Shown here: one piece after another, positions 19,459-29,397 of the stretch | Layout of the letters: each line of letters opens with the position of its first letter | How positions within the stretch are numbered: position 1 is the first letter of the stretch | Source of the DNA: Rudaea sp. | GTDB taxonomy: Bacteria > Pseudomonadota > Gammaproteobacteria > Xanthomonadales > Rhodanobacteraceae | Direction of reading: 5' to 3' | NCBI GenBank assembly: GCA_036267795.1 | Contig: DATAVJ010000172.1 | Location: 14,302-78,301, forward strand | Length of the DNA stretch: 64,000 nucleotides | Made by a program: the position numbers and the translations under genes | Notes under the pieces: generated by a model | What the model saw: only the letters and a program-made list of their open reading frames with translations | The model's database searches: none | What the model was told of the DNA's origin: nothing

Positions 19459-20162
19459 GCCGCATGCAACGCGTACAACTCACGCCAGGCAGATCGCCGT
19501 CGCTCGTGCGCGACGTCAGCGGAACGGTTCGAGTGCCGATCCGCCGCTTCTGGCTGTTATGGCGCATGGCGGGCGCAGTGTTTGCGCTCATCGTCAGCGG
19601 ATACGCGCTGATCATGCAGGGCATCCACTATGGCGACACGGTGCCGCGCACGGACATTGCGACGATCGCTAAAGAACAATTCAACGGCCATGCTTCTGTC
19701 GACGCAACACAACTCGTTGGCGACGCGACGCACTATTCGGAGCGCGTGCAAAACTTCGTGTTCCATCGTTGGCCGATCTGGTCGTTCGGCATCACCGCAT
19801 ACGTGTTGCTGTTGTCGAGCCGCACGTTGTTCCAGGAATTCGGCCGGTTGCAGTCCGACGAACCGGGACTGATCGCATCGCCGCGCGCGCTCACCGTGAA
19901 CATCGACGCGCACCGCCGCAAACTGAAACCGATTCCGTGGACGGCGATCAGTGCCGTCGAGCTGCGGCGCATCGAAGGTTTTCAGGGCCTCAGCATTCGA
20001 TTGCGCGAGCCGGGTCACGTGATATACGACGGATTTTTCGGCAACCGTATGCCGAATACCGGTCGCACCGCCGTCACGATCTCGTCGAGCCATTTGGCTA
20101 TGAATGCCAAGGAATTGAAAGAGGTTTTGGACCGCTATATCGCAGCGACACCGACGGGATAA
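19455..20162 (+). CDS. Hypothetical membrane protein
   Basis: ATGA coupling to arc; two hydrophobic segments; soluble C-terminal domain with IPWTAI. Confidence 0.7.
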   Translation: MSRMQRVQLTPGRSPSLVRDVSGTVRVPIRRFWLLWRMAGAVFALIVSGYALIMQGIHYGDTVPRTDIATIAKEQFNGHASVDATQLVGDATHYSERVQNFVFHRWPIWSFGITAYVLLLSSRTLFQEFGRLQSDEPGLIASPRALTVNIDAHRRKLKPIPWTAISAVELRRIEGFQGLSIRLREPGHVIYDGFFGNRMPNTGRTAVTISSSHLAMNAKELKEVLDRYIAATPTG

Positions 20163-20171
20163 ACTACATTC

Positions 20172-20735
20172 GTGCCCAACGACGCACCTCCCGTTTCGAC
20201 ACGACCGGCCGCCGATTTGATGGCCGAAGCGCATCGGCTCGGCATACCGCGCGATCACGGAGCGCGCAGGAATTTGAAACGCGTGCGTGAAGCGCGAAAT
20301 CTGACGCACGCCGGACACGACACACAGAATCGCCCAGTCTGGATGTCGCCGCGCGCCGCGCGCGCATGGTCGCGGATGCGCGAGGCCGCCGCGCGTGACG
20401 GCATTGAATTGCAGATCGTGTCGGCGTTTCGCAGCATCGAATATCAACTCGACATCATCCGCCGCAAACTGGACCGCCGATTGCCCATGGACGAAATCCT
20501 GCGCGTGAGCGCCGCGCCCGGTTACAGCGAACATCATTCCGGACGCGCGTTCGATCTCACGACGCCGGGCTATCAAGCGCTCGAAGAAGAATTCGAGAAA
20601 TCGCCCGCGTTCGCGTGGTTATCCACAAATGCAAACGTATACGGATTCACGATGAGTTATCCACGCGACAACAAGTACGGGATCGCGTACGAACCCTGGC
20701 ACTGGTGCTGGCGCGAAAAGCGCCGCAAGAAATAG
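20172..20735 (+). CDS. D-alanyl-D-alanine carboxypeptidase, M15B/VanY-like
   Basis: VSAFRS, APGYSEHHSGRA.D, YEPWHW. Confidence 0.93.
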   Translation: MPNDAPPVSTRPAADLMAEAHRLGIPRDHGARRNLKRVREARNLTHAGHDTQNRPVWMSPRAARAWSRMREAAARDGIELQIVSAFRSIEYQLDIIRRKLDRRLPMDEILRVSAAPGYSEHHSGRAFDLTTPGYQALEEEFEKSPAFAWLSTNANVYGFTMSYPRDNKYGIAYEPWHWCWREKRRKK

Positions 20736-20746
20736 CGAATCTCGTC

Positions 20747-20915
20747 CGAATCCTCTGTGATCTTCACGGCGCACAGGAAGTGCGCCGTTCGACGCAGGTA
20801 CAGGGATGCAGCTTTGGCGAACACAGCCTACGCGAAAAGCACACGTGCTTTCTTTGGTTACTTTCTTTGCACGCAGCAAAGAAAGTGACCCGCTCGCCGC
20901 AGGCGAGTGAAAGCT
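20747..20915 (+). repeat. 169-bp multi-hairpin interspersed repeat, copy 2
   Basis: Direct-orientation copy of 18000-18168; last 73 nt have one mismatch. Confidence 0.95.
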
Positions 20916-20952
20916 CTGCGCTTTCTAAGACATGAAGATCAAAGGCAAGGAG

Positions 20953-20979
20953 CTGGATTCCGGCTTTCGCCGGAATGAC
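20953..20979. repeat. 27-bp REP-like palindrome, copy 2
   Basis: ctggattccggctttcgccggaatgac. Confidence 0.9.
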
Positions 20980-21018
20980 AGCCATATCTCTCCAACACCA
21001 CCCGCCGTATTTCTAACG

Positions 21019-23907
21019 CTACGGCGTAAAACTCACGACCGTCTGCCCACCCTGCGACGCGTTCGGATCCACGACCAGCGGATGGTAATTGCCGGTTAGC
21101 CACAACAAAAGCTGACTCGCATAATTCGGATCGCCGAGCACCGCACTTTCGCCACCCGGAATCACTTCGACAGCATTGATAGGTTTATCCATCTGCCCGA
21201 CGAAGCGCCGACCCGGCGCCGTCGCACCGCTGAACATGAAATCGTTCACGCCGCTCACGCGCAATGTGCCGCCGCCCGGATTGACGGTTTCATAAGAACT
21301 GTCGCGCGACAGTCCCGGCAGATCGGGCGAAAGATCGGTGAACCCGTACGGATTCGGACCGGGAATATTGAATGGTCCACCGAGCGGATGTTCGAGCACG
21401 AAACGATGCAGCGCGCCCCAGTGATAGTTCGATTGATCCGTCGAATTGCCGTACGCCGCCGCGAATGAATCGCTCGACAATTGATTGAGCGCATCCTGCA
21501 AACTTTTCAGCAGCACGTAGTCGCGCGCCGACGCAGCGTCAGGCGCGCCCGGCACCGTGAAGAAATTCAGGCCTGACGCGCCTTTCCCGCCCAGCACCGG
21601 AAATGCGTCGAGCAGGAATTTGAATCCGGTGTACGCGCTATCGTCGCCCGGCAAATAACTGGCGAGACCGATCGCGGTAAGCGTGGCGTCGATCGAATTC
21701 TTGATCGCGTTGCTGCGCCACATGAAGAATTCGGTAGCGGCGACGCTGTTGTCGAGTTGCGACGTTGTCGGCGGCGCACCGGTGGTCCGGCCCGCGTCGA
21801 AACCTTGGGCGAGGCCCGTCGGCGTGGACAAATCCCACGCCGTCAGCCGCGAAATCGCCTCGGTGATTTGCGGATCGGCTGCGAGTTGCGCAAGCGGAGC
21901 CCATGCGCCGCCGACGGATGCGTTCTGGTACGCGCCAAGCAGATACGGCAGCACGAGCTGAGCGTCGACCGGCTGATTGTTGAGCTGCACCTGCTCGATA
22001 TCGCTCATCGTAATCTTGTGACCCGCGCCGACCATCGACGACAATTCGCGGTCGATGCGTCCCATGCGATACGCGTCATACGCATAATTGAGGTAATAGA
22101 CGCCGCCGCCTGGACGCGTCTGATCGAACGGGTCGTTATCGAGCGTGACGCCGACCGGATCGTTGTTCGCATTCGCGAAATAGCCGGCCGACGGGTTGAT
22201 CGAATGCGGCATTTCCGATGCGGGCATGATCTCGAAGGGAATCGCCTGGTTCGGTTGCGGATTCGACACGGGCAACCAGTCGTTGTGCGCGGCGCCGGAT
22301 CCGTCGCGAATGAAGAACGGCGGCGAATTCACGTACTGGCCGAGATTCTGCAGATCGTCGCGGATCGGGTTTTCCGCGCTGGTGAAATACGCGATGTTGC
22401 CGGCGTTGTCCGCATACGCGAAGTTCTGCGAGCCGAAATCGAAATACGACAACGCATTCTGGAAATCGTCCACGTTCGCCGCGAGATTGATGAGCTTGAA
22501 CGCCTTCAACTCGAACGTCGCGCCCCAGCCGGTGTATGCGATCGACAATCCGCACGCGACTGCGGGGCTGGTCGCCTCTCCGGTGATCGAACAGGCGCCC
22601 GGCGTAGTCGATGTTTCAACGACAGGTCCGTTATTGTGGCGAGGCACGATGATGGTCACCGCACCGTTCGTGTAGCCGATCGAATTGTCGCGCGCGATGT
22701 TGTCGAACGAACCCGACGTCATCTGATTGACGTAGAAACTCTGGAATACCCACTGCACCGGTTCGGTGCTGCCGTCGGCACGCACGAGCGCGGTGGGAAG
22801 TCCGTAACTGTTAACGGTGAAGGTGTCGAGGAACGTGTCGGTCACGTCCATCGGATTCACGGTGCTGCCCCAGCAGATGTTGCTGTTGCAACCTTGAATG
22901 ATGCCGGGTGCGCCGGGAACGCTGACCCCGGTTGCGTTGAGGCCGTCGTTGGAAATCAGATGCATCTCCATGAAAATCGGCGGCAACGCGAGCGTCAGAT
23001 GCGGATCGTTGGCGATGATCGGATGGCCGGATGCGGTGTTCGCGCCGCTCACCGCGAATTCGTTGCTGCCGCCACGGCCGAGCCGGGGATGCAGCGACGG
23101 CGCGATGAACGGATTGCCGGCGATTTTGTCGCGATACGTTTGCGCCAGCGCCAGTGCCGATGGATTGACATTGACGCTGCCGAACGACGCGACCAGCGAC
23201 TTCGTGCCCGCGACGACACTCGATCCGCTCGGCGAAAAATCGGGAAGCGTTACGTGATTGTCGGGAGGCGCGAAACGGTGCGTGTCGCCGAAGAACAGCG
23301 CGTTGGCGTCGACGTGTGCGGCGGCGGCAGCCTGCGAATAGGCACCGAAGTCGATCGTGTTCTGGATGTCCAGATCGAACGACAACTGGAACGCGAGCCC
23401 CTTGCCCACCGTGATCGAATCGACAGGCGTCCACGGCTCGGCGCGCGTCAACATCAACGCGCCGTATTCGGGCGGCAGCGCATTGGTCTGCAGCCAGAAA
23501 TTCACGCCGTTGGAAAAGCTTTGCAGCCAACCACGCGTGCCGTCGTCGAGCGCTTGCCATGTCGTCCATGCGGCGCGGCCGAGGCCGAGTGTGCGGCTTT
23601 GCACGTCGTTCGACAGCGCGTTGATGCCGACGAGCTCGGCGAGACTGCCGCCAGCGGCCCGGCGATCGAAGTCCATCTCGAAAAAGCGCGCTTGCGCTTC
23701 GGCATAGCCTTGCAGGAAGGCGGCGTCGTTCTGGGTTGCGGCGCGGATCGTCGGCGTACCGAGCGCGTCGTAGGAAATCGATCCCGGCTGCGACAATCCC
23801 GGCGCGGAAATCGACGCGCCGGCGGCGGGCAGCGCAAATGTTGCACAAATAGATAAAGCAAGAAGTATACGACGGTACCGGCGGATGCCGGCGCGCGAGA
23901 AAGACAT
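21019..23907 (-). CDS. Penicillin acylase / AHL-acylase family Ntn-hydrolase (secreted)
   Basis: Signal peptide; ARFFEMDF.RR; beta-chain start GSNEFAVSG...ANDPHL; ANANN; GGESAVLGDPNYASQL. Confidence 0.92.
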   Translation of the reverse strand: MSFSRAGIRRYRRILLALSICATFALPAAGASISAPGLSQPGSISYDALGTPTIRAATQNDAAFLQGYAEAQARFFEMDFDRRAAGGSLAELVGINALSNDVQSRTLGLGRAAWTTWQALDDGTRGWLQSFSNGVNFWLQTNALPPEYGALMLTRAEPWTPVDSITVGKGLAFQLSFDLDIQNTIDFGAYSQAAAAAHVDANALFFGDTHRFAPPDNHVTLPDFSPSGSSVVAGTKSLVASFGSVNVNPSALALAQTYRDKIAGNPFIAPSLHPRLGRGGSNEFAVSGANTASGHPIIANDPHLTLALPPIFMEMHLISNDGLNATGVSVPGAPGIIQGCNSNICWGSTVNPMDVTDTFLDTFTVNSYGLPTALVRADGSTEPVQWVFQSFYVNQMTSGSFDNIARDNSIGYTNGAVTIIVPRHNNGPVVETSTTPGACSITGEATSPAVACGLSIAYTGWGATFELKAFKLINLAANVDDFQNALSYFDFGSQNFAYADNAGNIAYFTSAENPIRDDLQNLGQYVNSPPFFIRDGSGAAHNDWLPVSNPQPNQAIPFEIMPASEMPHSINPSAGYFANANNDPVGVTLDNDPFDQTRPGGGVYYLNYAYDAYRMGRIDRELSSMVGAGHKITMSDIEQVQLNNQPVDAQLVLPYLLGAYQNASVGGAWAPLAQLAADPQITEAISRLTAWDLSTPTGLAQGFDAGRTTGAPPTTSQLDNSVAATEFFMWRSNAIKNSIDATLTAIGLASYLPGDDSAYTGFKFLLDAFPVLGGKGASGLNFFTVPGAPDAASARDYVLLKSLQDALNQLSSDSFAAAYGNSTDQSNYHWGALHRFVLEHPLGGPFNIPGPNPYGFTDLSPDLPGLSRDSSYETVNPGGGTLRVSGVNDFMFSGATAPGRRFVGQMDKPINAVEVIPGGESAVLGDPNYASQLLLWLTGNYHPLVVDPNASQGGQTVVSFTP

Positions 23908-24005
23908 GGAATTCCCCTCCAGGATCGTTCGAATGACGAAAACCAAACGTTCGTTCGAGGCCGATTATGCGCCGTCGGATCAATCGCGCAAAGGCGAAAA
24001 CGCGC

Positions 24006-24383
24006 TTATTTGTTTGACGCGCTGCACCAGAATGCGGCGCCGGCGACAACCCAGCCGGTCACCAGCAGCACACCGCCGAACGGCGTGATGACGCCGATCC
24101 AACTCGGCGCGCCGAGTGCCAACGCGTAGAGACTTGCGCAAAACACGAGCGTTCCCGCGATCAGGATTCCACTCGCACGCGGCCAACGTCGAACATCGGC
24201 AGGCGCAAAGCCTGCGATGGCAAGAAGCGCGAGAGCGTGCCAAAACTGATAGTCGACGGCAGTGCGCCAGATCGACAGCGCGTTTTCGTCGAAATGGCCG
24301 CGCAATGCGTGCGCACCGAACGCACCGAATAAAACGGCGGTAGCTCCGAGAGCCGCCGCCGTTATTCCGACGTTGCGAATCAC
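24006..24383 (-). CDS. DUF423/YgdD (TMEM256-like) small membrane protein
   Basis: GAFGAHAL, TAVDYQFWHAL, ITPFGG. Confidence 0.92.
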   Translation of the reverse strand: MIRNVGITAAALGATAVLFGAFGAHALRGHFDENALSIWRTAVDYQFWHALALLAIAGFAPADVRRWPRASGILIAGTLVFCASLYALALGAPSWIGVITPFGGVLLVTGWVVAGAAFWCSASNK

Positions 24384-24389
24384 CCTCGC

Positions 24390-25655
24390 CTACTTCGATG
24401 CGGGCTTCGCCGGCATTTTCGGCGCCGGCTTGGTGTCTTTCGCATCCGGTTTTTTTGTTTCGAGCGGCTTGAGCAGGTCATCCATGGATTTCGTCATGTC
24501 CACATACTTGAAGGTGGGCAGCGTGAACGTCCAGCCCGCGAACGTCTTGTTCAACGCGGCGACTTCATCGTTCAACGCGTCGAGTTTTTCCTGACGATCC
24601 TTCGCCGGATCCGATAGGGCGAGCGGCTTCGGCGATTCGGCAGATTTGGCTTCTGCGGGTTTCGCATCTGCGGATTTGGCATTGTCGGATTTTTTCGCCG
24701 CGGCGACGGCCATGTCGTAATCGGCTTTTGCCTTGGCTTGCGCCTTTTCGATGTCGGCGTTGGCGGCGTCCGTGTCGAGGCTCGCGGTGAATTGCCCGTA
24801 GTCCTTGTTGTCTTTTTGCCATAGCGTCGCGTCGACGTGTACGCCGTCGAACGTCGTGTAGTGCGCTTTGTTCGGCTTGTCCGAAGGCGGCATGTCCTTG
24901 GCGGCGGCAACATCGTCGGCTCTGAAATTGGCGAGCACCGATCCCAAGTTATTCGCCGCAAACTCCGAGCTTGCCTCGCGTCCTTTCGGCACGTCGGCAA
25001 TCTTGAAGTTCGCGTCTCCCGGCTGGTCTTTGTATACTTTTGTCGTCTTTCCATCGCCGGACGTGAGCATAACCGAGCGCACCCGCGTCGCCGCGATATC
25101 GGCGAGGTCGCGCTTTTCCCAATCGCCGGCATTCTTCGCCACGGTGAGATTTTCGTTGGCGAGCCAGCTCTGCGCATCGCCGTCGCGGCGCACGAACGTT
25201 CCGCCGCCGCCGCCGTTGTAGTTGCCGATAATCAACTTCGATGGTTGCGGCAAACCGGCGATGTCGACGAGTACGCCTTTGGCGTCGTTGTCTTTCACGT
25301 CGTCGACGCCGAGTTCGGCATAGCGTTTCGGATTCGACGTCTTCTGTTCGAGCAACGTCGCTTGCGAAAGTTTGAGCAGGAATTCGCGCACCTTCGTCAT
25401 GTCGACGGGATAGTTGGATTTTTCCGCGATCACCCAACCGTCTTTGTCGCGCCGCAGCGTGAGCAGCGTTTTGGCGCCGGCACCCATGAGCGTGATGCCG
25501 TTGACGTCGTTGACGTGTTCTTTCAAACCGGGCAACAACGGTTTGGCCTGCTGGGCGACGTCGCTTTGCGGCGCGCTTGCGCGATTCATGATCACCGCGA
25601 CGATGAGCGCCAAAACGGCGGCGGCGATGAGGATGTAGAGCGTTTTCGTTTTCAT
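24390..25655 (-). CDS. DUF4340-like membrane-anchored periplasmic protein of the Gld-like ABC cassette
   Basis: N-terminal TM; YPVD..KV..FL..L, LIIGN, GTFVRR.GD.QSWL; position after the GldG-like gene. Confidence 0.8.
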   Translation of the reverse strand: MKTKTLYILIAAAVLALIVAVIMNRASAPQSDVAQQAKPLLPGLKEHVNDVNGITLMGAGAKTLLTLRRDKDGWVIAEKSNYPVDMTKVREFLLKLSQATLLEQKTSNPKRYAELGVDDVKDNDAKGVLVDIAGLPQPSKLIIGNYNGGGGGTFVRRDGDAQSWLANENLTVAKNAGDWEKRDLADIAATRVRSVMLTSGDGKTTKVYKDQPGDANFKIADVPKGREASSEFAANNLGSVLANFRADDVAAAKDMPPSDKPNKAHYTTFDGVHVDATLWQKDNKDYGQFTASLDTDAANADIEKAQAKAKADYDMAVAAAKKSDNAKSADAKPAEAKSAESPKPLALSDPAKDRQEKLDALNDEVAALNKTFAGWTFTLPTFKYVDMTKSMDDLLKPLETKKPDAKDTKPAPKMPAKPASK

Positions 25656-25665
25656 GATCGTTTCC

Positions 25666-27519
25666 TCAGACCGTGCGGCGACGTTTCCAGAACGCGAACG
25701 CAAGCGCCGCGATCGTGATCAGCAATGGCATCAATCCGATATTGATCAGTTTGAGCCGCGCGCCGAGAGCGTCGATGTTTTCGTCGAGGCTGCGCTGAAC
25801 CTGGCGCAGCTGCTTGCGAATGTCGACTTTCTTCTGCATGAAACTTTGCAACTCGGACTGTTGCTCGGGCGACATGATCATCTCGTTGCCTTTCGACTTG
25901 CCGCTTTGCAGTTCGGTGAGCTTGCGCTCGGTGTCGTTGAGCTGCCGCTGCAGTTCCTGTTCCTTGCCGCGGAAATTCTCTTCGGCGGCGCGCTTCATGT
26001 CGTCGACGCGCGTGAACGGACGCTGCGATATGGCGCGGCCGCGAATCGAGATCAAATCCGATGAGCCCGTGAGGTTGTCGACAGAGTTGATGAAGAAGTC
26101 GCCGTTGTTCGCGAATGCGTTCATCAACTTTTGTCCAAAGAACGGCTGCACGTTCACCCACAGACGGTCGGTGAGCATATCCGTGTCGGCGGCGAGAATG
26201 ATTTCGCCGCTTTCCTTCGCTTCGGCGAGATGACCTTCTTCCTTGCGGTCTGGAAATGCCGTTACGAACTTGCCTTCGAGGCGGCCTGCGATCACATAGT
26301 TGATCTGCGTCGGAGTAAATCCGTTGAGCAGCTGCGACGGATCCTGCATGAACTTCACGCGCTCGACGGGCGCCGTCATCGCATCCGTGCCGCTCTGGAT
26401 CAGCGGCACGAGTTTGTTCTTCGAATCCTTGGCGAGTGCGAAGAAACCGGCGGATGCGACGTTGATGCTGTCGAGATTCGCCGTCGTCACATCGTCGGCA
26501 TTGAGGTCGCGCTTGGTGAAGCCGAGGATCGCGACGTCGCGCACCGGTTCACCGCCTTGCGTGAGGCTCACTTGCACGGCATGACCGCGATCGAGAACGA
26601 CCTGATGCGGATCGTATTGGACGCCCCACGCCTCGAAGAGCTTGGACATGTCGGACGATTTGTCCGCCATCATCGCGGCTTGAGGATTGTTCGGATCGGC
26701 GCCGGCGTCGTCGGCTTCGGCGTTCGGATCGACGAACGCCAACAGATGTCCGCCGCGCAGAACGAATTGATCGATGGCGTACAGGGTGTCGTCGCTCAGG
26801 CTCTTCGGATGGACGACGATGAGGACGTTGATGTCCTTGTCGATCGACTTCAGCGAACTCGCATTCAACTGGCGCACGTCGAACGATTGCGACAATTGTT
26901 GGTCGATCGCCCACGGCTCGCGCATCTGGCGCGTTTGCGGATCGAAACCGGTGGTGATCGGCAGGCCTGCAATAAGTCCCACGACGGGTTTCTTCGCCTG
27001 GGTCAGATCGTTGATCAGTTTGGCGACGTCGTATTCGAGAAACGCTTCCTTGTTCGGCTGCAGGAACGGGATCACCGATTTGCCGTTGGTGGAATTGGTG
27101 CCGGCGAGGCCGAGGAAAATCTTTTCGCCCTGCTGGCCCGTCGGCACGGCTTGCAGGCCGTAGCTGGTCGCCCGGTCTTCGTCTTCCGAGAACGGCAGCG
27201 GATCGATCACTTCGAGCTGGATTTTGCCTTTCGCGCGGCCGGCCATTTCTTCCAGCAGTTCGCGCACGCGCGTGGCGTAGGTGCGCAGCTGCGGCAGATC
27301 CTGCGAGCCTTTGTCGGAATAGAAGAAGTACAGGTGAATCGGCTCGTCGATCGACGAAAGTATATTTTTGGTACCTTGCGACAAGGTATACAAATGGCCT
27401 TGCGTGAGATCGACGCGCGCGCCGCGGAACAGCACGTTGCTGATCAGGATTACGGCGACGAGCAATACCGCGAGAACTGCGAGGGCGCCGCCGGTTAAAA
27501 GTTTACGATTGTTGTTCAT
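25666..27519 (-). CDS. GldG-like ABC-type uncharacterised transport auxiliary component
   Basis: RVDLTQGHLYTLSQGT..IL..IDEP, LEYDVAKLI, AIDQFVLRGG, NGDFFINSVDNL, C-terminal coiled coil and TM. Confidence 0.88.
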   Translation of the reverse strand: MNNNRKLLTGGALAVLAVLLVAVILISNVLFRGARVDLTQGHLYTLSQGTKNILSSIDEPIHLYFFYSDKGSQDLPQLRTYATRVRELLEEMAGRAKGKIQLEVIDPLPFSEDEDRATSYGLQAVPTGQQGEKIFLGLAGTNSTNGKSVIPFLQPNKEAFLEYDVAKLINDLTQAKKPVVGLIAGLPITTGFDPQTRQMREPWAIDQQLSQSFDVRQLNASSLKSIDKDINVLIVVHPKSLSDDTLYAIDQFVLRGGHLLAFVDPNAEADDAGADPNNPQAAMMADKSSDMSKLFEAWGVQYDPHQVVLDRGHAVQVSLTQGGEPVRDVAILGFTKRDLNADDVTTANLDSINVASAGFFALAKDSKNKLVPLIQSGTDAMTAPVERVKFMQDPSQLLNGFTPTQINYVIAGRLEGKFVTAFPDRKEEGHLAEAKESGEIILAADTDMLTDRLWVNVQPFFGQKLMNAFANNGDFFINSVDNLTGSSDLISIRGRAISQRPFTRVDDMKRAAEENFRGKEQELQRQLNDTERKLTELQSGKSKGNEMIMSPEQQSELQSFMQKKVDIRKQLRQVQRSLDENIDALGARLKLINIGLMPLLITIAALAFAFWKRRRTV

Positions 27520-27531
27520 GGGGTCGGCTCC

Positions 27532-28272
27532 TCAGTCTGCTTTCTTCAAGTCGATAACGACGGCGCTTGCGTACAGCCAGAACGCGATCGTCAGCAGGAA
27601 ATAGATCAGATCGCGAAGATCGATCACGCCTTTGCTGATGGACGAGAAATGGGTGAGGAAACTCAGCCCCGATATCGCATCGACGACGCCTTGCGGCGCC
27701 CATGAATTGAACGCGTTGAGCACCAGCGGAAATCCGGCCAGCAGGAAAAGGAAACACACGACCACGGTGAGAATGAACGCGATCACCTGATTGCGCGTGC
27801 ATGCCGAGATGCAGGATCCAATGGCGAGGAATGCGCCGGCCATCAGGAAACTCCCGACGTAGCTGGCGAAGATGACGCCGTTGTCCGGCGAACCGAGATA
27901 GTTCACGGTGATCCAGATCGGGAACGTGAGCACGAGCGCGATGCCGATGAACGCCCACGCCGCGAGGAATTTGCCGACCACGGCCTGCCACATCGTGATC
28001 GGCAGGGTGAGCAGCAATTCGATGGTGCCGCTCTTGCGCTCTTCCGACCACAAACGCATGCCGACGGCGGGAACCAGAAACAGGTACAGCCACGGATGGA
28101 AATTGAAAAACGGCTGCAGATCGGCTTGGCCTCGTTCGAAGAACGTGGGACTGCCGAGATAGAAAGGAAACGTGGCCGCGAGCACGAGGAAGATGACGAT
28201 GAACACGTACGCGACGGGCGTGGCGAAATAGCTCATCAGCTCGCGTTTGAAGACAGTGGTAATGGCGCTCAT
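27532..28272 (-). CDS. ABC-2 permease (GldF-like)
   Basis: VFKRELMSYFATPVAYVF, WSEERKSGTIELLLTLP, GVIDLRDLIYF; ATGA overlap with the ATPase. Confidence 0.93.
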   Translation of the reverse strand: MSAITTVFKRELMSYFATPVAYVFIVIFLVLAATFPFYLGSPTFFERGQADLQPFFNFHPWLYLFLVPAVGMRLWSEERKSGTIELLLTLPITMWQAVVGKFLAAWAFIGIALVLTFPIWITVNYLGSPDNGVIFASYVGSFLMAGAFLAIGSCISACTRNQVIAFILTVVVCFLFLLAGFPLVLNAFNSWAPQGVVDAISGLSFLTHFSSISKGVIDLRDLIYFLLTIAFWLYASAVVIDLKKAD

Positions 28273-29198
28273 GCCGCCACCTCCTGCGAGGTGATCGTGC
28301 GGAAGACTTCGTCGAGCCGTCCACTCTCCAGTTGCAGTTCGCTGACTTTGATGCCCTGCGTGCGCAGCAATTCGCTGATCGGCGTGAAGATCTGCTTGCC
28401 GGGTTTCGGAAACGCCGTGATGCGGTGATCCTGCGGATCGATCTCGACGGTCTGCACGTCGGCGACGCGCGACAGCGCTTCGCGCGCGGCGGCGACATCG
28501 GGCGTCGTCAGCGAAACGGCCTGGTGATAGCGCGAGCGCGCTTCGAGTTCGGCGGGCGTCGCGTCGGCGAGGATTTTTCCCTGCGCGATGATGATGGCGC
28601 GGCTGCACACGGCGTGTACTTCTTCGAGCAGATGCGTCGACACGATGATCGTCTTGTCGCGCGACATCGCATTGATCAGCGTGCGCACTTCGTGTTTCTG
28701 GTTCGGGTCCAAACCGTCGGTGGGCTCATCCATGATCAATACCGCAGGATCGTGAAGGATCGCCTGCGCCAGTCCGACGCGGCGCTTGAAACCTTTGGAC
28801 AGCGTTTCGATGGGCTGTTCGAGGACGCCGTCGAGGCGCAGCCGTTCGATCACGTCGTCGAGGCGCGTGCGGCGGCGCGCGCCGGTGAGGCCGCGGACAT
28901 CGGCGATGAAGTCGAGGAACTGGCGCGGATTCATTTCGCCGTATGAGGGCGCGCCTTCCGGCAAGTAGCCGATGACGCGCTTGGCGGCGATCGGGTCTTC
29001 CGACACGTCATGGCCGCAGACGAGCGCGCTGCCGGATGTCGGCGCGAGGAAGCCCGCGATCATTTTCATGGTGGTGGATTTGCCGGCGCCGTTGGGGCCG
29101 AGAAAACCGAGTACGCGGCCCGGCTCCACGTTGAAGGTAATGCCGTCGACGGCTGTAAGCGCGCCGTAGCGTTTGGTCAATTGCCTGGTTTCGATCAT
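28269..29198 (-). CDS. ABC transporter ATP-binding protein (GldA-like)
   Basis: Walker A GPNGAGKST, LSKGFKRRVGLAQA, MDEPTDGLDP, STH. Confidence 0.96.
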   Translation of the reverse strand: MIETRQLTKRYGALTAVDGITFNVEPGRVLGFLGPNGAGKSTTMKMIAGFLAPTSGSALVCGHDVSEDPIAAKRVIGYLPEGAPSYGEMNPRQFLDFIADVRGLTGARRRTRLDDVIERLRLDGVLEQPIETLSKGFKRRVGLAQAILHDPAVLIMDEPTDGLDPNQKHEVRTLINAMSRDKTIIVSTHLLEEVHAVCSRAIIIAQGKILADATPAELEARSRYHQAVSLTTPDVAAAREALSRVADVQTVEIDPQDHRITAFPKPGKQIFTPISELLRTQGIKVSELQLESGRLDEVFRTITSQEVAA

Positions 29199-29332
29199 GG
29201 TCAGGTTGCCGAAGTGGTGGATGAATGTGCGGCGCTTTGGGGCGCCGTCCCCTCACCGCGATGAGCGATTCATCGCGGACGCGGTGAAATACCGCAAACT
29301 TTTGGAAAAGTTCCCGCGTAGACACGACGACT

Positions 29333-29363
29333 AAAACGCGACGAGCGGCCGAGGCCGCTCGTC
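29333..29363 (-). terminator. Hairpin after the SRPBCC gene
   Basis: gacgagcggc/gccgctcgtc 10-bp stem; short gcgTTTT tail on the minus strand. Confidence 0.5.
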
Positions 29364-29397
29364 AACGCGAAAATGTCGCGATTTATCGAATCCGATC

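Noticed and set aside
20172-20735. VanY-like gene as vancomycin resistance
   Set aside because: No vanHAX/vanRS genes; M15B carboxypeptidases are ordinary envelope enzymes in Gram-negatives.
18000-20915. Repeat pair as ends of an IS or composite transposon
   Set aside because: No transposase, no terminal inverted repeats and no clear target-site duplication; kept as an interspersed repeat instead.
25666-29198. Gld-like genes as evidence of Bacteroidetes gliding or type IX secretion
   Set aside because: No gldK/L/M/N or spr/por genes in the window; GldAFG-like cassettes occur widely in non-gliding bacteria.
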